Assembly: GCF_037042905.1 (NCBI RefSeq) | Contig: NC_087245.1 | Location: 3,412,001-3,476,000 of the forward strand | DNA length: 64,000 nt | Reading direction: 5' to 3' | Origin: Lytechinus pictus | Lineage: Eukaryota | Shown: positions 41,032 to 54,666 of the stretch, piece by piece | Position numbering within the stretch: the first letter of the stretch is position 1 | Layout: each line of letters starts with the position of its first letter | The notes under the pieces: generated by a model | Told to the model about the DNA's origin: nothing | Databases searched by the model: none | Seen by the model: the letters and a program-made list of their open reading frames with translations, nothing else | Position numbers and translations under genes: made by a program

Positions 41032-42777
41032 AGCAGTTGTGTTTCCTCAGGGAAACTCCCTGGTTTCCTTTTGTGCTAATACTCCCGTCATATGGATGAG
41101 GTTCTTAACAATACTGTACTTTGGTATTCTTTATTGTATTATTCACCATATATATCGAAAATGCTTATGGAGAGATTTGAAAGACAGTAATGTAGCTCAA
41201 CCTTTTTCCTTTCCTAAAACGAATCGACTGAACATGGTCGTCTGTACTTATTTTATCAGAATATGATACAACTCAAAAATGTAAAATTGTAATGAAATAA
41301 ACAGGATGATAAAATATGTTTTTAAATAGCATTTTTAATAGTCATCATTATAATAAGTACTCCATTCCCTTAAGATGAGTACGTGGGTCCATGGTGCAAT
41401 AGTGTAATGTTTTTAACGTGCATCGGTTGCGACCCTCCTATACAGGGGACCAACATTTGTATCCTTTCCGATGGACGGGACGTTTTTTAACTACATTCAC
41501 ACCTGCACTGAATACAATGATGAGGCACGCTATCACAAAACGCTATAACATCTTTTATTTTATTTGGGTATGTTTTCGATGTAGATGCCATGATTTCATT
41601 TTTAAAAGCTGCTGCTTTCTTATCTTACTCTATAACTTGAATAGGTTGGGTATTTCTTTATATTCTGAACTTTAATGTTATATATTTATCTCGTGAATCA
41701 TATTTTGTGAAGTTTACGTGCATTGGATAATATGGAACGTTTGATAGGATTTTACGGGTTTACACTTGTTTTTTTATAACTCATCCTCTGAATTTTTTAA
41801 TGATAGCTTTAAAATAAATAATAAATAAATGATATACAGCATTGAAAGGAACTCGAATGCGAAAAATCGCCAGATATAACGTGACTTCTATCTCAATACT
41901 GACATGTGCCATTAAAGTGTTTTTACAAATAAACGTTCAGGCGAAAAATTGTAAAGACGGTCCTTAAACGACCAGATTGAAGAACGGTCGTATTCTGTAG
42001 GAAATATAGTCTTTTATCACTAAAGTAAAACTTCTAGACCTTATTCTCTATAGACCTTCAATTGTGGACAACACGGGGTTCTATATTTCTTCCTGTATTA
42101 AACCGTCAATATTTCTTCAGGCTATGTCATGTCATCATCGCTCATTGAATGAGAAACAAAAGGTCGATGTGTACTTCTAATCCTATCAAAAACCCATCCG
42201 TTATCTTGATGACGTCACCAACATGCTTTCCAGCACAGAAATTGGATTATCGGATGTTGCAAGGTTTGTTGGTATTGGCGTAGGGGATGATGATTAGTAA
42301 ACTGTACAGAGTTGGAAGGGATATCGGAGCAGCCAAGGACCTAACATTTCTGAATTCACAGGGATTTAAAGGGATTTTTTTTTCCATAGATGAATCTGAC
42401 CTTTATAACAGTTTTTACCGTAGATAAATATTTGTTCGTCTTTTACCAATGATAGTCTGTAGAATGATACTTACTATATCAACCAATACATAGCAATCGC
42501 CTACGACGATGATCCAATCAGCCATAAGAATTTACACCAGCGTCATTGATTAATTGTTATTTAGGGACCATTATTGCACAAAAATTGCATAGTTACCTTT
42601 ATAATTACCAATACGTTATAAAACAAACCAATAGACCCGAAGAACTGAACTGCACCATAAGATATATAATAATCAGAAAAGGAGTATTGAAACCCAAGAC
42701 CCAACAAATAAGAGCTCTCATCTTACCTACTTTGTGTATCATAAATGTTATCTGACAATAACAGGAGTTGAAGTATA

Positions 42778-45062
42778 CAGTTGAGGCCAATAGTTTACCT
42801 ACACCCATGGAATTCAGTGAAATTTGTTCGCTTGCCAAACATCGTAAAATTTACTATATCTTCAAAAATATAAATACTACCATGCCGAATTTGGTATCAA
42901 ATGAAAGAGTGTATTCAGCTCTTTTACAATCACGATTAGGATGCTGTTGGGATTGATTTCTTTGAAGAAAAAAAGTAATATTCGTGCCAAATATATTCTA
43001 TTGTTTGTTAGTATATTTTCGAACATCATTTTATAGTAGACCGGCCAAACGTCAAAAAGGGCTTCTAGATAAGGATTCCACGGCAAAATTTGTTAATGCT
43101 TGGCATCCCAGCTAAAATTCTTGCAAAAATACCCAGGAATAGCGTACGGCCGGATGCCAAGCGCACTTTTGCGTGAAAGTGTCATTTTAGCGTAAAATGT
43201 GAAAGGATGTCAAAAATCACGCATTTTGGTATTTTTGACGGAATATGTAAACATTTTTGATTATCTTTGATATGCGATCCTTTTTATTTGGAGTTTCAAA
43301 TTATAATACTCATAAATATACATTTCAAATTTTAATATTAAACACACATATATGGCACAGTAAAATATACAATCGCGATTTCCTCAAAATAAAAGTTTTT
43401 GAAAACTATCAATAGTTTGAAGTTTTTTACGCAAATTAAAATTCTTCGATTTAAATTCGTTATCCATCGAATGTATAGTAAATGTCCCAATGCCACAAAT
43501 ATTAAAAGAATTGAAGAACGGAAGAGCCGTGGTGTAGTGGTTCTGATTCTCGCCTTGTAAACAGAGGGTCGTGTGTTCGAATCTCACCGCGGTCTAGCGT
43601 CCTTTGGCAAGGCGTTAATCCACACTTTGCCACTCTCGACCCAGGTGCTAAATGGGTACCCGGTAGGATGCGAAAGATATTGTATGTTTGATTTTGCCAG
43701 CGCCATAATGAGGCTGCGATGAATGCAAGGAATGCTCCCCAGGGAGTGGAAATTGTGCACTTTTCGTGCGGGATTGAAATGAATCCAATGACCGGGGTAA
43801 TAATATGCTGTTACGCGCTTTGAGCCGTTATCCGAAATGAAACAATGTGTATCTAACCATGTGCGCATTTTGAAAGAAAAATTGAAAATACCGTACATTA
43901 TGTACATTATGTACATAATTACATGCATAAGTACATACAAATACGAGCAAAAATTGTCAATTCTTAGCATCCCAGCTTAAAATCTTGCGGAAATACTGAG
44001 GAATAACGTACGGGCGGCTGTCAAGTGCACTTTTGCGTGAAAGTATCAGTTTTAGCGTAAAATCTGAAAGAATGTCGAAAATAACGCATTTTGATATTTT
44101 GACGGAATTTGTATAAGATTTGATTTCCTTTGATACGCAATCCTTTTTATTTGGAGTTTTAAATTATAAGCCTTCTAAATATACATTTCAATTTGGAATA
44201 TTACACAAACATATATGGCACTATGAAACATAAAACCGTGATTTACTCGAAATAAAAGTTTGTGAATACTATCAATATTTATACGTTTTCTAAATGGGTT
44301 TATCTATTGAATATCAATCGTTCTAATGTCACAAAATATTTAAAGAATTTTCAAGTAAGATGACAGGTATATTATCCGAAAGGGGACATGCATAATTTAT
44401 CGGGGGGAATTTTCACAAACTTTTATTTTGAGGAAATCGCGATTTTATGTTTCACTGTGCCATATTTGTGTGTGTAATATTCAAATTTGAAATGCATATT
44501 TATGAGACTTATAATTTGAAACTTCAAATAAAAAGAATTGCATATCAAAGATAATCACAAACTTTAAAATAATCCGTCAAAAAAACAAAATGCGTGATTT
44601 TCGACATTCTTTCATATTTTACGCTAAAAATGACACTTTCACGTGCGCTTGGCATCCGGCCGTACGCTATTCCTGGGTATTTTTGCAAGACTTTTAGTTG
44701 GGATGCCAAGCATTAGCAAGCATTAACAAATTTTGCCGTCCAAAGTATAAAAAACGTTTTGGCCGGTCTACTATTATAGAAATTGCATAAAAAGTAACAA
44801 GCAAAAATATGAAATGTTTTTGTCAATTTTTTTTTTTTTTTGTCTAAAATATGAACATTTTAGGGGGAAATGACACCTAAATATTTTCAGCTCCTGATGA
44901 CAAAGCAATGTGATGAAGAGGCATGACATACTCATTTGTTTGATATCAAATTCGTCATGATAGCACAAATATTTTACAAAATACAGTAAATTTTATGATG
45001 TTTGGCAAGTGTCAACTTTTCTTTGAATTTCCTTGGTGTATGTAAACTTCTGGCCTCAACTG
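42778..45062. mobile_element. Non-autonomous Tc1-like element (2285 bp) with long inverted arms, an internal duplication and a nested SINE
   Basis: TA|CAGTTGAGGCCAATAGTTTACCTACAC at the left end and GTGTATGTAAACTTCTGGCCTCAACTG|TA at the right. About 43080-43400 is mirrored at about 44410-44740 and repeated directly at about 43960-44350. Confidence 0.88.
43524..43830 (+). mobile_element. tRNA-derived SINE nested in the Tc1-like element
   Basis: A box TGGTGTAGTGG and B box GTTCGAATC, followed by a non-tRNA body (cactctcgacccaggtgctaaatgggtacc). The 3' boundary is approximate. Confidence 0.8.
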
Positions 45063-45766
45063 TATTATGTACAATTTTATTACAGCCACTTTGAAGAGTA
45101 AGGTTGGAAAAAAATTGTTTTAATCTTTTCACCAAGTAATATCGCGATACATATTGTAGTAAATGAAAACTTGTCTTTTGGAGATTTAAAAAAAAAGTGA
45201 ATTTCCAGCCCCTTTTCTTAGTCTTCAGATGGAAGTCGCGATTAGAAATGCATTGCTTCATTGTCATGCCTTATTGAGACCTCAATGATTCTTCCTAAGA
45301 ATATTTTTGTTTACCTGTATTCTTTTTAGTCCTAATTCAGATGTCATTTTGCCTTCACCTAAGCTCATGAAGCACTAGTAATAATGTGCCCAAAATAAGA
45401 TAAGGCGCAATGTGAAAACTATAAGGAGAATAAAAACCGTCCAATACCAATAAAGAAAAGTGGGAATTGAATATATAAATTCAAATAGCTCATGATGAAT
45501 TGTGAGTAATTGTTTTGTTAATGGTAGAGGTAGTAGTGGTATTGATGATGATGATGATGATGTTGGTGGTGTTGGTGGTGGTGGTGGTAGTGGTGATGCT
45601 AGTAACTGACGTCATCGTGGTGGTAATTATATTTCTTCAGATTTATTTCTAATTACTTCATACACAATGATGTACAGAAATGGAAAACAGCAATCGAGTA
45701 TTCTCTTAACAAAGGTCCGAAAATGCGATTTGTTGAGTGCATGTATGTCGTTTGATTCACGGGATG

Positions 45767-45768
<2 letters not shown>

Positions 45769-45798
<30 letters not shown>

Positions 45799-45833
45799 AT
45801 ATATATATATATATATATATCTATATATATATA

Positions 45834-45874
<41 letters not shown>

Positions 45875-45875
45875 T
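45769..45875. repeat. (TG)n(TA)n microsatellite abutting a splice acceptor
   Basis: Direct reading. Confidence 0.95.
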
Positions 45876-45892
45876 TATTTCTCTGTCTTTAG

Positions 45893-46075
45893 GTATCATT
45901 ATCACGAAGAAGAGGATGACCTATCGGAGGTTACTTCAGATGAAGTACCAGAACAGGTTCGACATTGGTTAACATCGACGTTCAGTCGGCAATCAACCAA
46001 GTCAAGACTAGGGGATGAAAAACCTCGGTTTAGGAGTATCGTCCAGGCCTTAAGAACGGGACTATTCATAGATCG
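45893..46075 (+). CDS. PDE1: PDE1 exon: PDEase_I_N region and second calmodulin-binding region
   Basis: AG/GTAAG boundaries, phase 2-2. It encodes EEEDDLSEVTSDEVPEQVRHWLTSTFSRQ...EKPRFRSIVQALRTGLFIDR, matching PDE1 VPxEVRxWLASTFxRQ...EKPxFRSIVxAVxxGIFVER. Confidence 0.96.
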
Positions 46076-46244
46076 GTAAGATATCCAAAAACATAACCGG
46101 AATATGGTTATTTAATGTGTCCATTGTTACATTTCAGGACTACTGTACATGCAATAAGATCGGAACTAAACGATCAGATATCATATATTTAGTGTTACCT
46201 TAATGGTTAACAGTACATACAGTCAGTCATTTTGTTGAAGATTA

Positions 46245-46404
46245 GGATCCCGTTGTATAAAGTGCTATTATCATGGTAACTTTGGTATCCAATGGTGACT
46301 AATATGCAAACAATGCTCATCAGTCAATCACAATGAAGGACTCCATGGGAATTACAATAAAATAGGAAAGTTACCGTAATGATAATGTTTATGCAACTGG
46401 TCCC
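46245..46404. mobile_element. 160-bp palindromic MITE
   Basis: ggatcccgttgtataaa...atggtaacttt is mirrored by aaagttaccgta...tttatgcaactggtccc. Confidence 0.6.
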
Positions 46405-47051
46405 TGTGCTCTAGTATAGGGCTTAAGAGTAGAACTTTTCGTACACTGTATAACCTGAATGACGGTAGTACGAGGACATATGTATCAACTTTCATCTTAT
46501 CGGATTTTCTTCTGCTCTTTTTTGCATAATAGTCAATAAAAGTACTCTCATAGGTACATATTCAAAGCACTTTAAATCACTAGAACAGCATTGTTTGAAA
46601 TTATATTGTACTTTGTCGCCGAACTAAGAACCTAGTAAGATGACTCCGATGTCCTAATGAACATACATCCAGCACTTCTATTTTCCCCCCATTTCTTGAC
46701 GATGCTAACGATGGATTAATTAGCTCTGTAAATTTCTTAAACTGAAAAATAGGGATAGGTACATATTCCTTAGTGTGTTTATGTACAGGCATGACAATGG
46801 CAGTACCAACAAACCTGAAACGACGTGTTTTCTAAAGGAATCATTACAAATTTACTAATGCACATGGCCATGATTCCTTAACGCCAAGATTATCTCTGAC
46901 ATTGTCTCTCAAACAAAGATAAGTCCGGAAGGCTTGGTAATTTAGTTTTTTCCGTAAAACTATCATTTTGACAATTCTTGCATATTGTTTTTCAATCAAC
47001 CTCTGACATTCAAAACCTAATTCGGCATCGACCATTTTCTTCTGATTGCAG

Positions 47052-47118
47052 AATGTTCCGGAGAACATCTGCAACAGCAGGAACAGTCTTACCGGCAAAG
47101 GTCATTCAAATATTCAAG
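47052..47118 (+). CDS. PDE1: PDE1 exon (67 nt), missing from the ORF track: MFRRTSATAGTVLPAKVIQIFK
   Basis: ttgcAG acceptor and GTAGGT donor, phase 2-0. It continues IDR|MFRRTS as in PDE1 (ERMYRRTS...P...V...LK). Confidence 0.92.
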
Positions 47119-48737
47119 GTAGGTGTCAACTTTCCTCCTAACTTTGACTAACGGCATACCGGATATCTTGTGTAACCCTGAGATTCATCAAGCTGCCCTC
47201 AGCTCTTTTTTTTTCACATGTCCTACTTTTGCTTTCTCTTTCTTCCTGCTGACTTTTTTTTAAATACACCCTCTGTTATTCGCTGTCTCGCTGTCTATTT
47301 TGCCCACAGTCGATTTATCATTCCCCCCACCCCCCCCCTCATTTCTACCCGACTGTCCCTTGCACATACAATGAAATAAAAGTTCTACTCTCTCGCCTGG
47401 ATTTTCATGCTTGTCATCAGTAGATCTGATCTCGATCTCTATCTCTCTTTCTCTCCCTCTCTTTGCATATCATTAAACTTCATTTTTCATCAAAATCATG
47501 CTCTCTTCACAGCATTATCTTGTGTTGATTACAAAATGATATCCATTATTATTTTATTCGAGCCTTTTTTTACGTTGTTGCTCACTCTAGTCTCCTGTAA
47601 TCACTTTCTCCCCGAAAGACCATAATATTTCCAAGTTTCTTGATCATCAATTCCCATTTGATCTTCTGTGTGTGTGTATATTCACAATTCGCTTTCGCGA
47701 CAGCGTCGTTATTATGTACCAGCGTGCATTATGCATTTCCATTCCAAACTATACACCCCTACAGCATTTGTTACCAAAATTAGCCACTAGTTTAACCACT
47801 CAGACCTTTTATAATGGATTCTTTGATCAACAAGCCACTTGTTCTTGAATTCATTTGCACATTTAAAGTATCGGGATCCGTCTTGTGATACGTTCGTATA
47901 TCTGTCAGTTCTATTCATCACCTACGAATGATCACAAACGTAATTACAACTACTAGTATTACAACAATTATTGAAATTAAAAAAGTTATAGGTGATTTTT
48001 CCCTTGACAAACGTTACGGATTTTTATTCAAGTGAGAAGTAATCTGTTTGATAGACATTTATCATAAACAGGTATGTGATATTGAATATTTTGGTCTCGC
48101 AGTAGAAGATAATATATACTTATATATAGCTTGATTGGTGATGTGATCTTAAAGTTGCAAAACCTTACTGTTGCATCACTTCTCCATAATCTTTTGTGAC
48201 CTAGAACAACGACCTGTTGAAAACAGTAAGGGTGTTAAGTACATGCACTAACACCGCTTTGGTTCTTGATAAACTGGTCATGAGTACCATTCCCTCTGAA
48301 ACTGATTTGTGTTCATGTAAATTGACAGAAATGTCTGAAGATGAAGTCTAATGTCTCAACATGTTGCGAACGACCATCCCATGGAGATTACGCCATTGTA
48401 ACGCAAGAGCATACTGCCATACTGAACATGTGGTGTGACGATCTAATAAAATTTCCATAACGATAGCCTAGCTGCTAAAATAGGGCTGATATTGAAAAGA
48501 ACAATCGCTAACTCCCCTAGGATTGGACAGTGATTTATGTAATATTGGTATTCATAGGTTGCTGTAAGTAGGCCATTTTCTTCTGAACAAGCTGAGTTAT
48601 GGGTCCTTAGTTAAAACCTTAATATCAGGAGGGTAATGAAAGGTACCAAACTAAAAAGAAAAGGGACTAGTGGATCACGATGTTGAAAGATCAAATCAAG
48701 CCTCTAGAAAACGAGAACATTATCTCTGAGATCTGAA

Positions 48738-49150
48738 TTTTTGTCTCGTCCGTCACAAACATTATGACACATAACTCCGCAACCGTTTTTCACGCAAACT
48801 TGGGTTGTAGATGTAATTAGGAAACCTGCATGTCATGGTGCAGGCAGGGGTCACATGGTAAGGTCAAAGGTCATTTTCAGGTCAACGATAAAGTTTACGT
48901 GCAAGACTCTCTTATGACACATAACTCCGCAACAGTAATTCATTTTTCACCCGAACTTGGGTTGTAGATGTACTTAGGAGACCTCCATATCATGGTGCAG
49001 TCAGAGGTCACATGGTAAGCTCAAAGGTCATTTTCAGGCCATTGTTATGACATAAATCCGCGACCATTAGTCACTTTTCGCCCAATCTTGGGTTGGAGAT
49101 GTACTTAGGAAACCTGTATGTCATGGTGCAGCCAGAGGTCACTAAGGTCC
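48738..49150. repeat. Internal tandem units (about 120-150 bp) of a HINE-like element
   Basis: Three copies of ttatgacacataactccgc...cttgggttgtagatgtacttagga...catggtgcag...ggtcac, beginning at ttttgtctcg. Confidence 0.65.
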
Positions 49151-49265
49151 AGAATTCCAGAATTGAGCAATATCGTAAACAAGTACTTCTAGCGTTCTTA
49201 CCCCCCCCCCCACACACACACACACACACCCATATGCTGACGTAGATTTGACCCATGAATCCTTT

Positions 49266-49515
49266 GACCGGTGTGTTAGTTCAGTTGGTAGATCGTCCGT
49301 CTGACAACTGGGTGGTCGGGTGTTCAAACCCCGGCCGCGTCAGACCAAAAGACGTTAAACGATGGGAGTTGTTGCTACCATATTTGGCGTTCAACGATTC
49401 CAGGGATAGAGCTACGTAGACCTGGTGTTGCACTGTGGCTGCCGGGCCCACGATTAATTGGGCAAAACTAATTTTCAGAGGATTTCTGTTTACGATGTCT
49501 GTTTCGAACAATGAA
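49266..49515 (+). mobile_element. tRNA-derived SINE, second family
   Basis: A box TAGTTCAGTTGG and B box GTTCAAACC, followed by the body gtcagaccaaaagacgttaaa...ttggcgttcaacg. Confidence 0.75.
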
Positions 49516-50394
49516 ACGTGGATTTAAATTTTCGATTTCGATATTCGAATTACAGTCCATGAGCAGCACTGTAACCATTCTACATTAATACAGCTCCAAT
49601 GGGGCCACAAAGATTAGGCTCAGTCCTACTGGTGAAACTGACTCAAGACCGATCGAAGTAACAACCTTATTTCAAATGACATATAATCGGTCTTTTTAGA
49701 ATCGGTTTCGTTGGTAGGACTGTTACACTAGTACGTAGTACCAGGTTGATGCGATCTCGGGTCACCCAGTGGCTCTTCTGGTGAATGCTATAAGAGCCTT
49801 TCTTTAGTTTTGGTTCCCCGCCCCCCCCCCCTCCCCCCAAAAAAATGACTGTTAATGTTTCATTTCATCAGATCATTATGATCAAACTTGTCCAACTACT
49901 TCTGGTGTCGATAATGTTTGCCTTTTGGCGAATGCGTTTGGCGGTGTTCCAAGAAAATGTATATTTGTCGAGAAACTGATCGAAATAAAATGAAAGGTGT
50001 TGGATTTTTTTTATATAAAAAGAACACTTTTCAAGCACAAAAAGGATTATGAAAAATCAGGATCTTATACTTAAAGTTTACTGATATGCAATTACTTAAT
50101 TGTAAGATAATAGAGTGATCAAACTTTAAACGTCCTTAAAAACATTACTGAGACAGGCCTCGAGATATTTCAAAAGGTAAAATGCAAATTTTAAGAAAGA
50201 ATTTATAAAAACAGATTCAGCAGTCACTACATTTTTGTAAAAATTTAAACGGTCAAATTCACATTCTCAAACATTTACCAAAGCTAGGTTTTTATGATAA
50301 CCATTTCCATTTATCTCGTTGACATAGTTAACATTTTGTAATATTTAAAATTCAGATGTTATCTCTCTCTTTACTTTCTTATTTAACGGATCGA

Positions 50395-50428
<34 letters not shown>

Positions 50429-53400
50429 CCTCTCTCTCTCTCTCTCTTCCTCCAAAATCATATTTGGCGAGGTGTCCACTTGACCGTGCCACAAGACCTA
50501 CGATCACCAATGCTGGCCACGCGTAAAACAAGTGCTTGAATAAGCACGTGACTTGGAAGATAACCCATACATCATATGTGTCTTTTTGTGCGTTTTGTTG
50601 ATTAGAGGGGAGAAGAAGGCGCGAAAAGCTGGAATTTAATCGGATGTTCCCAAGTACCCTTTTCCTTGAGGACGTCGGTCTGGGCCTACTTTTCTCTTGT
50701 CATTTATCAGTTTAAACACTTGAGTGTGTTATTGTCCTCCGATAGTGGATTTGCTCAAAAAAATTTATTTTGCTGTAATAGTGATCGGGACACATTTACG
50801 AAAAAAAAAATCCTGTGCCTAAACAATTCAAATGTTGGGCAACAGACTGTCCACTGTGTTGGGTAATGTATGTTGGTAAAAAATATATATTTTCTTGGCA
50901 ATCATTATCCCCAATTATTAGTTATTATTACCCAATTTGGGGAGATTTTAACCATTAGTTGTGTGGACAGTATGATGCCCAGGGTTGGTTAAAAGTTGGG
51001 CATTTTTTGCCCAACTATTTTAAGAGTGTAGTCCATATCCATGACAAATAACTTAACAGGATTCATATTTTTGCCAGAAAGTTATTAATTTTGCATCATT
51101 TTAGAAGTTTAATTCTTTTGTTATAAAAAAGATGATACCTAGACTTATCTCAATACATTGTGATATCAAATAGGGTTCATAAAAACGGGTTCTTGATGTG
51201 TTGTTGGATAGCCGATGGCCTTGTTCGAAAGATATTTGTTCCTATATTTTCCGCCCTAAAAAATTATATTTGGGTTCAACCAAAATTGAGTATTTTACGA
51301 AATTTTACGAAATTCCCCCACCAATAATGCGAAAAATATTTGGTTGAATAAACAGGTAGGAGAAATGCAATACTTACAATTGTGTCAAATTTGAAATTCA
51401 ATCTAAGTGTGACTTCCGTTATTATTTTAATCAGAGTATTAAAGTTTTATGCGATAAGGGTTGTCTCTCGCCTTCCCTTGGGGGTACCAACCATATTTAT
51501 TTCGACACTTCCTTTGAACCTAAAAATAGTACTGCTAAATTGGCTTACTTAGGGGACGAGGAAGTCTTCGTTCAGAAAGATTTTGAGAGTTAATGATTCG
51601 AATTACCCATAGTCTAACGTCACAACTTCACAGCCCATATGATATTATAAGAAACTCTCGTGAAATTAAACGACCTTCTCTCAGTACATCTTTGAATCAT
51701 TGCCGGTCGAAAAGAACCAAACGGTACTTTACATTTGTACTATTTTTCTAAGAAATCATATAGGATTGTTTTAGTATGTACTACAAACAAATTTCCGCAT
51801 TTCATGCCCCGGAATTTATCAAACCCTTATTACAAGTATTAATTCATTGATATAACTGACAAGACAATGTTGAGAAGAAAAACTGCTAGATGCAAATGTA
51901 TCTTACTTTTTTGGAACTTTGAAAAAAGAAGTTTTGTACACTTCCTAGTCTGATATTTCACCGTAATGTATACGCAACAACAAAAAATGATCCCCCCCCC
52001 TTTAAACAAACATCCATTATTTTTTAACCAGGGTGTGTTTTAAAAATATCTTAACATGAGCGTGTAGGTAATTTTATTAGCTACCCTCTGAGTGAATATT
52101 ACGTTTTATGTCATGCTCCAGTGAGCACAGCTAAAAGAAAAATTGCCAATTTTTTATAAAAGAAAAAAATACGATTTTCAAATATCCTAGGCAAGTATTG
52201 TTTGATTTGGGGAACTGAAATCATCTCATCAACTGTTTTGTTTTCGTAATGCTCATGTCCAATCAACATGCTTTAATAATTCTAAGGCGTTATGAAGCAT
52301 TCACACATGAATGAACATGATAGTGGAATGTGAATAGCTTTTTTTACGTTATTGCAAAAAATGCAATTGCTTACTATGGATATCTGTCACAAACCTTCTT
52401 GCATAGTTCAATTGATTTAATTTTTTATGAAAACTTTTATGTCTAATGCTTCAGTGAGCACACAATATTCGAAAACTATGCAAATGAGAAGAAAATTGAA
52501 GGCCTTGGCCCAACTTTGTGCCGTATCGAATGATTAATGTCACTCTAAAGCCATGTGCGAAGTTTCGTGACAAATGAAGGCAGAAGTTACAAAAGTCGTT
52601 CATGAAACAAACCCTCATTTCACTACTGTTTAAAGTTTGATTTCCTCTCAGACATTGCGTACAGTATATGGATGCATTGGCCCGTATTCTGATAGCAGGT
52701 TTAATTTAATCCTAGTCTAAAGTTATCCCTGGCTTAACTAAACCTCACTTGTGGTCGAGGTGTAGTTAAATCATTTTGGTATTCTGATAGTCAGGTTTAA
52801 CTAAACCTGGGTTAAACCCGGGTTTGAAATTCTTTTTGGAAATAATTACCCTCATTTGACCAAGACTAGCACCTTTTTGGTAAATTATTGCCACAGGAGT
52901 GACTGCAACAAAATTGAAAAAATGTCACTAAAAATGTTTTTCTTAACAGTTTGGATTTTATGGAAACAAATAACAACTATTGTAGTAAAAGAAGAGCATT
53001 CATCACCCATATTTGCTAAGAATTTTTTATTCAGATTATCTATATTTTTGTTATTAACAAAACATTTCAATCCCAAACCGAGTGACCAAAAAAAAAATGA
53101 TCAATCAACCATGAACATACGTTATCAATGATTAATAATAATAATAATACAGGTATATTTACCCAGGGAAGCCGCTTCAGTTCCGAAAACTGTTCTCCCA
53201 GCGGGCCCTGCTATTATTATTATTATTATTGTGAGGAGTGGATAGTAAAACAGCATAAGCACCATAAAATTCACACAAAAAAAACAAAAAAACAACCTTC
53301 TCCCAACTCTGTACATACATAATCTGAAAAACGACTCTTGGGACTTTCAAAAATTGTCATTTTTTATTTTATATTTGATTACTCATGCATGACCCAACCG

Positions 53401-53775
53401 ATAAATCTCATGTTTTCACAGGTTTTAATGAGTGTAAAATTATTCCGCTCAAAAGTTACAGCATATTTATTTAGGGGGAACTAACTTATTTGTTGAGTAT
53501 ATACAGTATGTGATTGTTGCTTATGTATTCATTGTACTCATGTTTTAAACAATTATTTTAGTAAAAAAACTTTTTTTCTTCCAGATAGGGAAAATGGACG
53601 ACTCCTGCGTTTACCATATCATATTTCGAATAGATAATATTCACTAAAAGGACTATCCCATTATACTACCAACTCATGTTTTCTGTTGAGGGTCAGAGCT
53701 GCCTATGATAGATCTCCGCTACCTGCCGACTGGTGGTAGATGAAATATCACAATTTTAATCAAACTTTCATTTAA

Positions 53776-54154
53776 AGTGATTGGTTAACATTGGTTTGAC
53801 TTTAAAAAAATCTGAGCTAGAAGGTCACACTTGTCACCTGTGTCTGTGATATGTTACAAAAAATGAAGCCCAGAAAAAATTGCGTTCGAAAATAATTATT
53901 TAGTGCTTCAAAAATTGAAATATAAAGTGACCGAAAACACCATCTTAATTTCATCCCATACACTTATGTGTACTATTTAGGCGTCTATAAGACGCCTATT
54001 TACAAAATCGGGGTTTGCCTTGTAGTTTTAGCTTTTCATTCTCAATAATGGTTGTTTTCAGGGTTTATTAGTTCTTATACATGCACTTGTACACATGTTT
54101 CATCTTGGTTTGAGAATTGTTTTAATCGGCTGCTCACAAAGTTAAACAATACCT
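53776..54154. mobile_element. Kolobok-like non-autonomous element with TTAA TSD
   Basis: Left TTAA|AGTGATTGGTTAACATTG versus right-end reverse complement TTAA|AGGTATTGTTTAACTTTG (14 of 18 match). Purine-purine termini. Confidence 0.6.
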
Positions 54155-54666
54155 TTAATAGCTTTATTGTCTTTTTATTTCTTCAGTCTTAAAATACTTT
54201 GAAGGGATATTCAGTTAAAATTGTAACTTTAATAAAACAAGATCTCATATCTCTGTTCTTTGAATTTTTGATATTTTTCATGAAGTTAAAGAATTTCAGG
54301 AAGTGAATCACTTGTCAACTAATCTTATCTGTATAATACGGTGGCGTTGGATTGTCTTAAATTTTAAAAGAAGTCCGTTTTTCCAGAGGAAGTTGGCGAT
54401 ATCTAAAAACCAGGTGTTTAAATTGTTTGTATAGTGTTATCTGCGTAAATCATCACATTTACCTTTTTGTTTCAATATCCTACTACGCGGTCTATCAAAC
54501 CCTAGTATGACAATATGCACCATCAAACATTCATTAGAGAGCCGACAAAGTGAGATTTATATACATGTACTTTCAAAACACTTTTATACCGCTCTCTATG
54601 AAAGAAAGCTACCATATATGATATAAGGAGTGGGAAAACAGGCGGCATAAAAAATGATAGTGTGAT

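Noticed and set aside
43524..43595. Functional tRNA genes at 43524 and 49266
   Set aside because: Stems are imperfect and run directly into SINE bodies.
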